Assembly: GCA_044869275.1 (NCBI GenBank)
Contig: JBIOXB010000041.1
Span: forward strand, 1 to 43,607
Direction of reading: 5' to 3'
Source: a bacterium
GTDB taxonomy: Bacteria > Zhuqueibacterota > Zhuqueibacteria > Zhuqueibacterales > Zhuqueibacteraceae
Length of the DNA stretch: 43,607 nucleotides
This document shows, one piece after another, positions 18,318-27,800 of the stretch. The notes beneath the pieces were generated by a model that did not search any database, was not told the DNA's origin, and saw only the letters and a list, made by a program, of their open reading frames with translations. Every line of letters begins with the position of its first letter. Within the stretch, counting starts at the first letter, position 1. The translations under genes and the position numbers were made by a program.

Positions 18318-19850
18318 ATGAAACGCCGAGATTTCATACAAGTGATGCTGCCTCTCGCCGGGCTGCCCGTGGTGTGGCCGATGTGGTCTTTCGCCAGACC
18401 CTTGTCGCGCGGGAAAGGGCAGCGCGCTTTTAATTATCCGGCTGACGGCCGCGTGCTCGTGCTCGTGCAGCTTGCGGGCGGCAATGACGGCCTGAACTGT
18501 GTCGTCCCTTATCGGAATGACATTTATTATCGGGAGCGGCCGCAAATTGCGCTTGCGGCCAATGAAGTGATTCCGCTCAACGATGAAGTGGGATTGAACA
18601 ATGCGCTCTCGCCTTTGCAGCCGCTTTATGACGCCGGAAACCTGGCCGTGGTGCAAGGCGTAGGCTATCCCAATCCTGATCGCTCGCATTTTCGCTCGAC
18701 CGATATTTGGCTTACCGGCTCGGGCTCGGAAGAAGTCGAGAGCACGGGTTGGCTGGGACGCTATTTCGATCTGGTGTGTCCCGACGGCGAAGCCTGCGGC
18801 ACCTTCGGCCCGCCCGCGATTCAGATTGGATTGAATTCTTCGTTGGCGCTATTGGGCCGCGATCAAAAAGGCATCGCGTTGCAAAATCCGCTGGAGTTTT
18901 ATCAGCTCGTGAGCCGGCAAGGAGGCGGTCACGATCCGCAACCGCAACCGGAGCCACTAACCCCGGCCGGCCGCGAGCTGGAGTTTTTGCGCGACACCGC
19001 GGCTTCAGCGTTTCAATTTGCGGGCGAAATCGTGCAGGCCTATCAAAGCAAAGAGAATTTAGTGGGCTATCCCGACGAATCGCTGGCGCAGCAACTGGCG
19101 ATTGTCGCGCGCATGATTGCCGGCGGCTTGAGCACGCGCGTGTATATCGTTTCTTTGCGCGGTTTTGATACGCATGCCAATCAAACCGGCGTGCATCGCA
19201 CACTGCTGAGCCGGTTGGCCGCTGCGCTTGCCGTTTTTCAACAGGATTTGGAAAATCTGGGCGTGGCGGGTCGCGTGGCCGGCGTTTGCTTCTCGGAATT
19301 CGGCCGGCGCGTGAAACAAAACGCCAGCCAGGGCACGGATCACGGCACCGCCGCGCCGATGTTTCTTTTCGGCCGTCCCGTGAGCGGGGGCGTGCACGGC
19401 GCGCATCCTTCGCTCGGCGCGCTCGAAAACGGCGATTTGAAGCATTTGATCGATTATCGCCAGATCTACGCCACGCTTTTGGATCAATGGCTGGCAGGCG
19501 ATCCGGCCGCCGTGCTCGAAGAAAATTTCACGCAACTGCCGTTATTCAACACCAGCACCCGCGTTGAGCAAACCGCGCCGGCGCCGGATGATTTTTATTT
19601 GGCGCAAAACTATCCCAACCCTTTCAATCCGCAAACCACCATTGCCTACGGTCTGCCGCGTCCGGCGCAAGTGAAGCTGGCGATCTTCAGCAGCCTCGGC
19701 CGGCACGTCGCGACTTTAGCTGAAGGCTGGCAAAACGCCGGCCGGCACACCGTCACGTGGGACAGCAACGGCCATGCGAGCGGCGCGTACTTCTTCAAGC
19801 TGCAAGCGGGTGGGTTCGAGCAAACGCGGAGGATGAGTCTCGTGAAGTAA
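18318..19850 (+). CDS. DUF1501 family protein with Tat-like signal and C-terminal T9SS-type-A-like domain
   Basis: MKRRDFIQ, LVLVQLAGGNDGLN, YPNPDRSHFRSTDIW, GFDTHANQ, SEFGRR, GTDHG; LAQNYPNPFNP tail. Confidence 0.9.
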   Translation: MKRRDFIQVMLPLAGLPVVWPMWSFARPLSRGKGQRAFNYPADGRVLVLVQLAGGNDGLNCVVPYRNDIYYRERPQIALAANEVIPLNDEVGLNNALSPLQPLYDAGNLAVVQGVGYPNPDRSHFRSTDIWLTGSGSEEVESTGWLGRYFDLVCPDGEACGTFGPPAIQIGLNSSLALLGRDQKGIALQNPLEFYQLVSRQGGGHDPQPQPEPLTPAGRELEFLRDTAASAFQFAGEIVQAYQSKENLVGYPDESLAQQLAIVARMIAGGLSTRVYIVSLRGFDTHANQTGVHRTLLSRLAAALAVFQQDLENLGVAGRVAGVCFSEFGRRVKQNASQGTDHGTAAPMFLFGRPVSGGVHGAHPSLGALENGDLKHLIDYRQIYATLLDQWLAGDPAAVLEENFTQLPLFNTSTRVEQTAPAPDDFYLAQNYPNPFNPQTTIAYGLPRPAQVKLAIFSSLGRHVATLAEGWQNAGRHTVTWDSNGHASGAYFFKLQAGGFEQTRRMSLVK

Positions 19851-19862
19851 GGTCAAATGACA

Positions 19863-19923
19863 CTGACCGGTCACGATAGCAGATTAACAACGCGGTAGAT
19901 CGCTTTAAAAGTGACCGGTCAGT
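19863..19923. repeat. Inverted pair of tgaccggtca palindromes (a third copy at 39663-39678)
   Basis: actgaccggtcac ... gtgaccggtcagt. Confidence 0.7.
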
Positions 19924-19930
19924 TGGCCTT

Positions 19931-20050
19931 ATGGGAAATGACCTGGACCGGAGAGGCGGTGGGTTCGTCCAGAAACGCCAGCAGACGTTTGGCCTGAATG
20001 CTAAGAAGTTATCACGCAGAGCATCCGAGCCACCCAGGCCGGATGCCCAA
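19931..20050 (-). ncRNA. Candidate structured non-coding RNA (unassigned)
   Basis: Three abutting stems, two of which pair fully only on the minus strand (G-U); possible TTGGCA/TAGAAT promoter upstream on the minus strand. Confidence 0.35.
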
Positions 20051-20112
20051 TTTGTTTCAGGATATTAATTCTATAACAGGTACAATGCGTGCCAAAAAAT
20101 AGAGGTTTTTAG

Positions 20113-20169
20113 ACCACGAAGACACCAAGTCACGAAGAAAAAATCTTTGTGTCTTCGTGTCTTGGTGGT
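20113..20169. repeat. Inverted array of 8-bp tandem units
   Basis: accacgaag-acaccaag-tcacgaag ... ctttgtgt-cttcgtgt-cttggtggt. Confidence 0.75.
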
Positions 20170-20206
20170 GAAGATTTGATTGCGGTTCGTGTTGGATAAT
20201 TTGATC

Positions 20207-21070
20207 ATGAAATCTTTTCTTCGAAAAAGCAGTATTTGCCTTTTCGTGCTGCTCGTGACGGGCGCGTATTCCCAGGAAAGTGTTCAGCCCTTTGTGGCGA
20301 CGCAAGACAATGGCGAATGGTTCATCCTTACCAAAGATGATCTGGCTGGTGGCACGCATCACACTCGCCATGCGGAGATTTTCGGCAAGTATGTGACCGG
20401 CTACAATGATTTTGTTCTACAAGGCATCGACAAAGTCCAGGCGACGGCCTTAGATGGTGGCGGTTATTTTATCGGCGTCAAAGCCGTGCCCGCCGAATCG
20501 CCGGTGGGATACCCCTTGCAGCTTTTTGGCCGCATGCTGTTGGCGCCGCCGCGAAGCACCAGTTATTGCAGCGGCGCGACGTATGCCGCATTTGTCGAGC
20601 AACTGAATCTCCTTTTTCAGGGAGGTCACGACCGCCTCGACGATGCGCGTTATGAAGCGCTCCGCATGCAGGAGCAAGACGGCGGGCGCCGGGAAGATAC
20701 CGTCAAATTCTGGGGCAAATGGAACGACGACGGCTTTGGCAGCCATTATGCACTGGTGCAATATGCTCGAATGGGTCAAGAGCTCAAACCTCACAACGCC
20801 CGCCCCGGCGATTTCATAAATATTTCCTGGACAAAGGGAGGAGGGCATTCCGTGATTTTTCTCGGCTGGTATAAAGATGAAAATGAGCAGAAGAATATCG
20901 TTTACTGGGCCAGCCAAACCCGTACCAATGGCTTTGGCGATGAGGTCATCGCGCTGGACCGGATAAAAGAGATCAAAGTGGTTCGTTTAACAGACCCGCA
21001 AAATCTCTTCAATTTTGAGGTGACCACGCCGGTGCGGCGGGATATTCCTGGCGATGCGATAGATTGGTGA
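20207..21070 (+). CDS. Secreted hypothetical protein, possible papain-like (NlpC/P60/CHAP-type) Cys-His hydrolase
   Basis: Signal peptide; SYCSGAT ... RPGDFINISW...GGHSVIFLGW. Confidence 0.6.
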   Translation: MKSFLRKSSICLFVLLVTGAYSQESVQPFVATQDNGEWFILTKDDLAGGTHHTRHAEIFGKYVTGYNDFVLQGIDKVQATALDGGGYFIGVKAVPAESPVGYPLQLFGRMLLAPPRSTSYCSGATYAAFVEQLNLLFQGGHDRLDDARYEALRMQEQDGGRREDTVKFWGKWNDDGFGSHYALVQYARMGQELKPHNARPGDFINISWTKGGGHSVIFLGWYKDENEQKNIVYWASQTRTNGFGDEVIALDRIKEIKVVRLTDPQNLFNFEVTTPVRRDIPGDAIDW

Positions 21071-21146
21071 CTGGTAGTGTCAAGACGAAGATGACGCTTG
21101 AAAGGAATAACGATTTGCCCTCAGCGATTTCCCATTGACGACTTGC

Positions 21147-21187
21147 GATTTCTTGGGCAAGCCGGGAACGGCTCTTGTCGCCGTTTT
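21147..21187 (+). repeat. Left copy of an imperfect direct repeat (partner at 22031-22071)
   Basis: 34 of 41 positions identical by manual alignment, beginning gatttcttgggcaa. Confidence 0.75.
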
Positions 21188-21355
21188 TTGGGCGTTGGGT
21201 GATTTTTCCCAACGACCTTTTTCGTTTCAACCTTTCCAGATTTTCAAAGCCGGCATTCGCTTTGCTTGCTTTTGCGCAATGTTCTGCCTATCTTCCCTCA
21301 ACAAATGACACCCGCTTGCCTGTGCTAAAAAAAACAGTTGTGACGTTATACGGCA

Positions 21356-21649
21356 ATGTATCAGATTGAATTCACGGCAGAAGCCCTTGACGACTTGCAA
21401 GCGCTCAGAAAATTTGAACAAAAGGAAGTGTTGAAGGGAATCGAATCGCAATTGCAACACGAGCCGACGGTTGTAACGCGTAATCGAAAAAAACTGCGAC
21501 ACAATGATGTTGCCGATCGGGAGCTTCGTATCGGCAGATTTCGAGTGTTTTACAACGTTGAGCAGGACACGAGGATTGTAAGCATTGAAGCAATCGGCTT
21601 CAAGGTTGGGAACCAGTTGTTTATTCACGGTGAAGAGACAGAACTATGA
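21356..21649 (+). CDS. RelE/ParE-family toxin
   Basis: MYQIEFTAEALDDL...RNRKKLR...ELRIGRFRVFY. Confidence 0.8.
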   Translation: MYQIEFTAEALDDLQALRKFEQKEVLKGIESQLQHEPTVVTRNRKKLRHNDVADRELRIGRFRVFYNVEQDTRIVSIEAIGFKVGNQLFIHGEETEL

Positions 21650-21936
21650 AAACAGTAACCGTATCTCCACGCGCCAAAACACTCCACGGCCTTCTCCGTA
21701 AGGCGCGGCGGAACGGAGTGATTCTGCAGTTGCCAGAGGGTGAGCGTTTCGTGCTGACTCCCATCGGAAACTGGATAGGATTCGATGTTGGCGAAAGCGA
21801 TGACTTCGCCAAAGAAGTCGCCCTGACGGTGAGGAACAAAAAATTGATGAAGTATTTGGCTGATCGTCGCAGTCACGGTACGCGGATACCGATTGAAAAA
21901 GTTAGGAAGCAACTTGGTCTTCACGCAAACTCATGA
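21646..21936 (+). CDS. Putative antitoxin (Phd/YefM-like), downstream of the toxin
   Basis: ATGA overlap with the toxin; LHGLLRKARRNGVIL...; C-terminal IPIEKVRKQLGL. Confidence 0.6.
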   Translation: MKTVTVSPRAKTLHGLLRKARRNGVILQLPEGERFVLTPIGNWIGFDVGESDDFAKEVALTVRNKKLMKYLADRRSHGTRIPIEKVRKQLGLHANS

Positions 21937-22030
21937 GCAAGCAAAGGACAAGGGCAGCAAATCGTATTTGTCAGAATTAAAAAGCTTCGCCCAGTACAAT
22001 CACGTATCGAAGAGCTTGCGATCACTGCGT

Positions 22031-22071
22031 GATTTCTTGGGCAAACCGGGGATGGCTTTTATCGGTGTTTT
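22031..22071 (+). repeat. Right copy of the imperfect direct repeat
   Basis: Matches 21147-21187 at 34 of 41 positions. Confidence 0.75.
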
Positions 22072-22170
22072 CGTGCGGGCGTTCGGGCATTCATCCGGCG
22101 CCTTTTTTTCGTTGCAACGTGCCAAAGGGGGAAGGACGGCAGCCGCTCATCAAATCCTCATGGAGGTGCG

Positions 22171-24528
22171 ATGAAACGATTGCTACCGTGGTTTTTTCTT
22201 TTACTGTTGCCTGTCACACTGCTGTCACAAACCTCTCCTCCCAAGCATGAGTTTCGCGGCGCGTGGATCGCCACCGTCATCAATCTCGACTGGCCCTCCT
22301 CTCCATTTCTCGCGCCGGAGACCCAACGCGTGGAGCTCGTGCGCATTCTCGACGAGCTGCAAGACGACGGCGTGAACGCCGTCGTCTTTCAAATCCGCTC
22401 GGAAGCAGACGCCATGTATTCCTCGGCGCTGGAGCCGTGGTCCTACTGGCTCACGGGGGGCCAGGGTGCGCCGCCTTCGCCTTTTTATGATCCTTTGGAA
22501 TTTGCGCTGCAAGAGGCACATGCACGCGGCATGGAACTCCATGCTTGGTTCAATCCTTATCGCGTCTCGCGGCAAGTGGGAAACTATCCCAACGACGCCA
22601 TGCACGTCTCTGTGCAGCATCCGGAGTGGGTGATTCAAATCGGCACGATCAAGATTCTCGATCCCGGCCTGCCGCAGGCGCGCCAGCACATCGCCAACGT
22701 GGTGATGGATGTGGTTCATCGCTACGACGTTGATGGCGTGCACTTCGACGACTATTTTTATCCCTATCCGCCCAATCAGATTTCCAATCAAGACGCCGCC
22801 ACTTTTGCGAGCTACAACCGCGGGTTCACGAATCTCGGCGACTGGCGCCGCGACAATGTCGCTCTTTTGATTCAGACGATTCACGACAGCATTCAAGCGG
22901 TCAAGCCGCACGTGAAATTCGGGATGAGTCCGTTCGGCATTTGGAAAAACGGAGTGCCGGCCGGCATTACCGGTCTGGACGCTTACAGCGTGATCTATTG
23001 CGACGCCGTGGCTTGGCTGCAGCGGCAGATCGTCGATTACATTACGCCGCAACTGTATTGGCGCTTCGGCGGCGGGCAGGATTACGGCATGCTCATGCCG
23101 TGGTGGGGCACGCAAACGAACAGCCGGCATTACTATCCCGGCCTGGCGCCGTTCAACATTGCGCCGCCGCAAAACTGGGCCGCGAACGAGCTGCCGCGGC
23201 AAATTCGCGCCAATCGCGGCAATGCCAACGTGCAGGGCAGTGTGTTGTTTCGCACGCTCACGCTGCGCGACAATCTCAAGGGTTTTACTGACAGCTTGAA
23301 GACGGACTTGTATCGTTACCCCGCGCTCACACCCAGCATGGCGTGGAAGGATCAAATTCCGCCGAACGCGCCGGCCCATCTGCGTTATGCACGTCTTCCT
23401 GAGCGGCCGATTAGCGGTTTGCTATGGGACCTGCCCGCGATCGCAGCAGACGGTGACACGGCCTCGCGCTACCTCATTTACGATTTTGATCACGCTGAGA
23501 TTCAACCCGGCGATTTGAATGATCCACGCAACATGGCCAAAATCGTGGGCGGGCGCAGCGCGCAAATCAAAAACACGAGCAAGCGCTACTTTGCGGTCAC
23601 CGCGCTCGATCGGAATTCGAATGAAAGCACGGCCAGCAATATTGTGCTTATCTCACCGCCGGCCGCACCGCTGTTGGTCTCACCGAATGATGGAATCCTC
23701 GATCAACCGGCACAAGTCGCTTTACGATGGAATTATGCCGCCGGTGCTGCGTACTACAATCTGCAAGTGGCGGCGGACTCCACCTTCAAAAGCGCTTTTT
23801 TGATCAATACCACCGGTTTTTTGGATACCTTCGCATTGGTCACGAATCTGGAGGGCCAGGCCACGTATTATTGGCGTGTGGAAGCCCAAAACGTCGCTGG
23901 TGCCAGTGGTTATACCACTTTTCGCCGCTTCGCCACCGGCTTTCCAGCCACGCCGCTCTTGGCTTCCCCCGGCAACAATACGGGTAATATCGCCCTGGAA
24001 CCTACCCTCATCTGGCGCCGCGCGACAAGCGCGACGGCTTATCGCGTGCAATTGTCAAAAAGCTTGTCGTTCGATTCTACGGCAATCGTCGCTGACGAGA
24101 GTACTTTGACCGACACCTCCTATGCCGTTGCAACTTTGGAACCGAATCGATTTTATTTCTGGCGCGTGCTGGCAGCGAATGTCATCGGTGACAGCAAATG
24201 GTCGGAGGTTTTTCGATTCAAAACCGGCAGCGGCACGACCGTCGCGGAAAATCCAAATGTGCCCCGCAACTTTTACTTGTATCAAAACCACCCCAATCCG
24301 TTCAATCCGGTGACCCTGATCCGTTTTGACTTGCCAGACGCTGGCGCCGTGCGCTTGCGCATTTTTGACTCTCTGGGACGGGAAGTGAGGACAATCTTGG
24401 ATCGAGAAATGCCGCCCGGCCAGCATGAAGTGCCATTCGACGGCCGGCGTTTGAGCTCGGGAGTGTATTACTATCGCCTGGAGTTTGGCAGCATGCATCG
24501 CATACGCCGAATGTTGTTGACCAAATGA
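22171..24528 (+). CDS. Secreted GHL10/YddW-like glycoside hydrolase with Fn3-like repeats and T9SS-type-A-like C-terminal domain
   Basis: EFRGAWIATVINLDWPS, ELHAWFNPYR, DGVHFDDYFYPY, SPFGIW, DYITPQLYW; YYWRV/YFWRV repeats; YQNHPNPFNP. Confidence 0.9.
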   Translation: MKRLLPWFFLLLLPVTLLSQTSPPKHEFRGAWIATVINLDWPSSPFLAPETQRVELVRILDELQDDGVNAVVFQIRSEADAMYSSALEPWSYWLTGGQGAPPSPFYDPLEFALQEAHARGMELHAWFNPYRVSRQVGNYPNDAMHVSVQHPEWVIQIGTIKILDPGLPQARQHIANVVMDVVHRYDVDGVHFDDYFYPYPPNQISNQDAATFASYNRGFTNLGDWRRDNVALLIQTIHDSIQAVKPHVKFGMSPFGIWKNGVPAGITGLDAYSVIYCDAVAWLQRQIVDYITPQLYWRFGGGQDYGMLMPWWGTQTNSRHYYPGLAPFNIAPPQNWAANELPRQIRANRGNANVQGSVLFRTLTLRDNLKGFTDSLKTDLYRYPALTPSMAWKDQIPPNAPAHLRYARLPERPISGLLWDLPAIAADGDTASRYLIYDFDHAEIQPGDLNDPRNMAKIVGGRSAQIKNTSKRYFAVTALDRNSNESTASNIVLISPPAAPLLVSPNDGILDQPAQVALRWNYAAGAAYYNLQVAADSTFKSAFLINTTGFLDTFALVTNLEGQATYYWRVEAQNVAGASGYTTFRRFATGFPATPLLASPGNNTGNIALEPTLIWRRATSATAYRVQLSKSLSFDSTAIVADESTLTDTSYAVATLEPNRFYFWRVLAANVIGDSKWSEVFRFKTGSGTTVAENPNVPRNFYLYQNHPNPFNPVTLIRFDLPDAGAVRLRIFDSLGREVRTILDREMPPGQHEVPFDGRRLSSGVYYYRLEFGSMHRIRRMLLTK

Positions 24529-24623
24529 AGAGACGAATTTCAATCCGCGGACGAGCTTTTCACTGCCTCCGCTAAAGATCTTTAGTGAATTCGGCTCAGT
24601 TTGGGGCACTCTTAAAATTCTGC

Positions 24624-24652
24624 TTGATCTTCTGAAAAGTTTTTTTTATCTG
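24624..24652 (+). promoter_or_regulatory. Possible sigma70 promoter
   Basis: TTGATC-N17-TATCTG just before a structured region and the lamin-tail gene. Confidence 0.3.
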
Positions 24653-24654
24653 TG

Positions 24655-24800
24655 GCTGCAAAATGGTGCGTCGCAGTGCCAGGCTATGGGAGAAAAACTC
24701 GCTCTGATTGTAAAAGTTTTTCTGTTCAAAATCTCAGCTTCCGGCGTCTCGGGCGGCCTTTCAGATTGCGCTGTAGCCGGTCGCTTGAGCATTTTGCAGC
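24655..24800 (+). ncRNA. Candidate structured leader or small RNA (unassigned)
   Basis: Nested stems gctgcaaaatg/cattttgcagc, ggctatg/tgtagcc and agaaaaact/agtttttct. Confidence 0.35.
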
Positions 24801-24854
24801 AACCAACCTTTTCATCTGCGCGCCTTCATTGTTAAAATATCGAAGGGGGTCAAT

Positions 24855-27800
24855 ATGGGGCGGAAACTATTCTTGGGCATTTGTGCTGTTCTGGCGGTGA
24901 GCGCGCACGCGCAGATCATTCTCACCGAAGTGATGTACAACCCGCGCGGCAGCGAGAATGACAACGAGTTCCTGGAATTGTACAACCTCAGCGAAACGGA
25001 TACCGTCTCTCTGTCAGGCTGGAGGGTGGGCGATCAAGACGCGCTCGACGAGATCATTTCACCTCAAACCGGCCTCAAAATTCCGCCGCTACACTACGCC
25101 GTCATTCTCGATCCCAGCTATTTTCAATCTTCCACGCAATATGATTCCCTCATTCCGGCCGAAGCCTTGCTTCTCACCGTCCCGGACAATACTTTAGGCA
25201 GCGGCGGTTTCTCCAACAGCACGGCCGAAACCATCATTTTAGTGGATGCGAGCGGCGATACCATTGCCAGGTACGCTTACTCGCCCGGGAATCCCGACGG
25301 CATTTCCGATGAAAAAATCAATCTCACGCAAGACGATGCTCCCCTAAACTGGGCAAACGCCCGGCGAGTGGAGGGCACGCCGGGCTTCACCAATTCGGTG
25401 AGACCGCGCCAAACCGATGGCGAGCTGGTGCCCACGAGCTTGCGCATCTCGCCCTTGCTTTTGCGCGAAGACTCGCCTGCGACGATTTTTGTCACCGTGC
25501 GCAACGCGGGGGTGAAGGCTTTGCAGCAATTCACGGTTGGCTTCGATTTGATTCCCGCGGGCAACGAATTTGGCGCGCCGGTTTATTTGGGCAATCTGGC
25601 TCCTGCACGCGTCTTGGCTGCCGCCGACACGATGCCATTGGAATTTCCAGGGTCCAATTTGCGGCCGGGAAAATATCGCCTGCTCGCGACGCTGTCGGTC
25701 GACCAGGATGAAAACGCGAGCAACGACACGGTCTCCATTCAAATTGCCATAGGCTGGCGGCGCGAGGTGATCGTCATCAATGAAGTCATGTTCGATCCCG
25801 CCAGCGGCGAGCCGGAGTGGATTGAAATCTACAACCCGCAGGACTTCAGCCCGCCGTTTGGAGAATGGCGTGTTGAAGACGAAAGCAGCAGCAAGAGCAC
25901 ACCTGCCCCACGCTTGGAAATTCCACCTCAAGGTTACCGCGTGCTCACTTCCTCCGCAGAAGTCGCGAGGATTTTTGGCCTGGCGGATACTTCCGTCATT
26001 CTGCTCAGCCGATTTCCCTCATTGAACAACAGCGGCGACGCGGTTCTGCTGCGTGATTTCAGCGGCGCGGTGATCGACTCGCTCGCCTATGAGGGCGATT
26101 GGGCCAGCTCAGGGAAATCGCTTGAAAAAATCTGGTATGAACGCGGCAATGACCAGCGCAACTGGCGGCCGAGCCGTGCGGCGCGCGGCGCGACACCGGC
26201 AGCTTGCAACAGTGTGAGCCCGCGCGGATATAATATGGAAATCGGCCCACTGCGCCTCGTGCCACAGCGCCCGCGTTTCGGCGAAAGCATTCTCCTGGAG
26301 GTGCCGGTTTTCAACGCCGGCCGCCGCGTGTTTTCGAGTTTTTCCGCTGCCGTTCTTTTCGATACGACCGGTGCACGGGATTGGAACAGTGCCGCGCTCT
26401 TGCGAGTTTTTCAAAACGACCGCGAGCTGGCTTCTGAGGATTCCATCGTATTTGTCACGACCTGGGAACGGCCGCCAGCGGGCAGGATCGATCTCGCCGC
26501 CATTCTTCACGCTGCGGGCGATGAGAGCGCGCGGGATGATTCCACTTTCGCTCAGGTGAACGCCAGTTTCGCGCTAAGCACAGTGGTGATCAACGAAATC
26601 ATGTACGATCCCGCCAGCGGGCTGCCGGATTGGATTGAGCTGTTCAATCCGCAGCCACAGCATATTTCCGTGGCAGGCTGGAGCATTGAAGATGAAACCG
26701 GCGGTCGCGCCACATTCAGTGCGGCGGCGACCCTCCCGCCGCAAAGCTATCGCGTCGTCACTTCTGCTCGCGAGCTCGCCGGGCTTTACCACTTGCCGGA
26801 TAGCGTGATCACGCTGACTGCAAGTTTTCCGGCTTTGAATCAAACCGGCGACGTAATCGTTTTGCGCGATACCAATGGCCGGGCTATCGACTCTCTGCGC
26901 TATGAAAATGCCTGGGGCCAGCCGGAAAAATCACTTGAGAGAATTTGGTTTGAAAGAGAGAATCTGCACAACAACTGGCTTCCGAGCCGCGCTGCGCCTG
27001 GTGCGACCCCAGCATCCTTCAATAGCGTGAGTCCACGCGAATTCGATCTCGCGGTTTTGACGCTGCAATGCTCTCCTGCCCGCCCACGCGCCGGCGATGC
27101 CGTCGAATTGAGCGCCAAGATTAGGAATCAGGGCAGGCGCACTCTCTCAACCTTCGCGCTCGCGTTTTACTACGAGGTGATTGGGCCGCAAGAGGAGGAA
27201 GCCCCGGTTTTGCTTGCAGAATTTCCGGTCACGCAGGAGCTCCATTCCGAAGACTCAATGCACGTGGCGATCTCGTGGCCCCAGCCGCCGTCCGGAAAAA
27301 TCGAACTCTGGGCGGAAGCGCACGAAACACGCGATCAAGTTGCTGAGAACAATCGCGCAGTTGCGCAACTGCCCGTGGGATATCCTGCGAAAACCATTGT
27401 CATTAATGAAGTTCACTATGCCCCCGCGAGCGGTGAAATCGAGTGGTTCGAGATTTTCAATCGCAGTGCGGCACCGGTCAATCTGTCTGCATGGCTTTGG
27501 CAAGAGGCAGATGCCGCCTCTCCTGCCGTGCTGCCGGAGATCACCCTCCTGTTAAACGCAGGGGAATATGCCGTGATATCAGCGGCAGGTTCGATTCCCA
27601 ATTTGCACGCCGCCGCGCTGCACGTGCTTTCAACCAGATGGCTGGCGTTGAATAATGACGAGGACAAAATCGAAATTTTCGATTTCAATCTGGACCTGCA
27701 GGATTCCCTGCGCTTCAGCTCGCGCTGGGGCGGGACCACCGGCGTTTCATTGGAACGCATCAATCCGAACCTTGCCACCTCGGACAGCGGCAATTGGAGC

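Noticed and set aside
19943..19955. ctggaccggagag resembles part of the ykkC/guanidine-I riboswitch
   Set aside because: The other conserved segments are absent and G-U pairing favours the opposite strand
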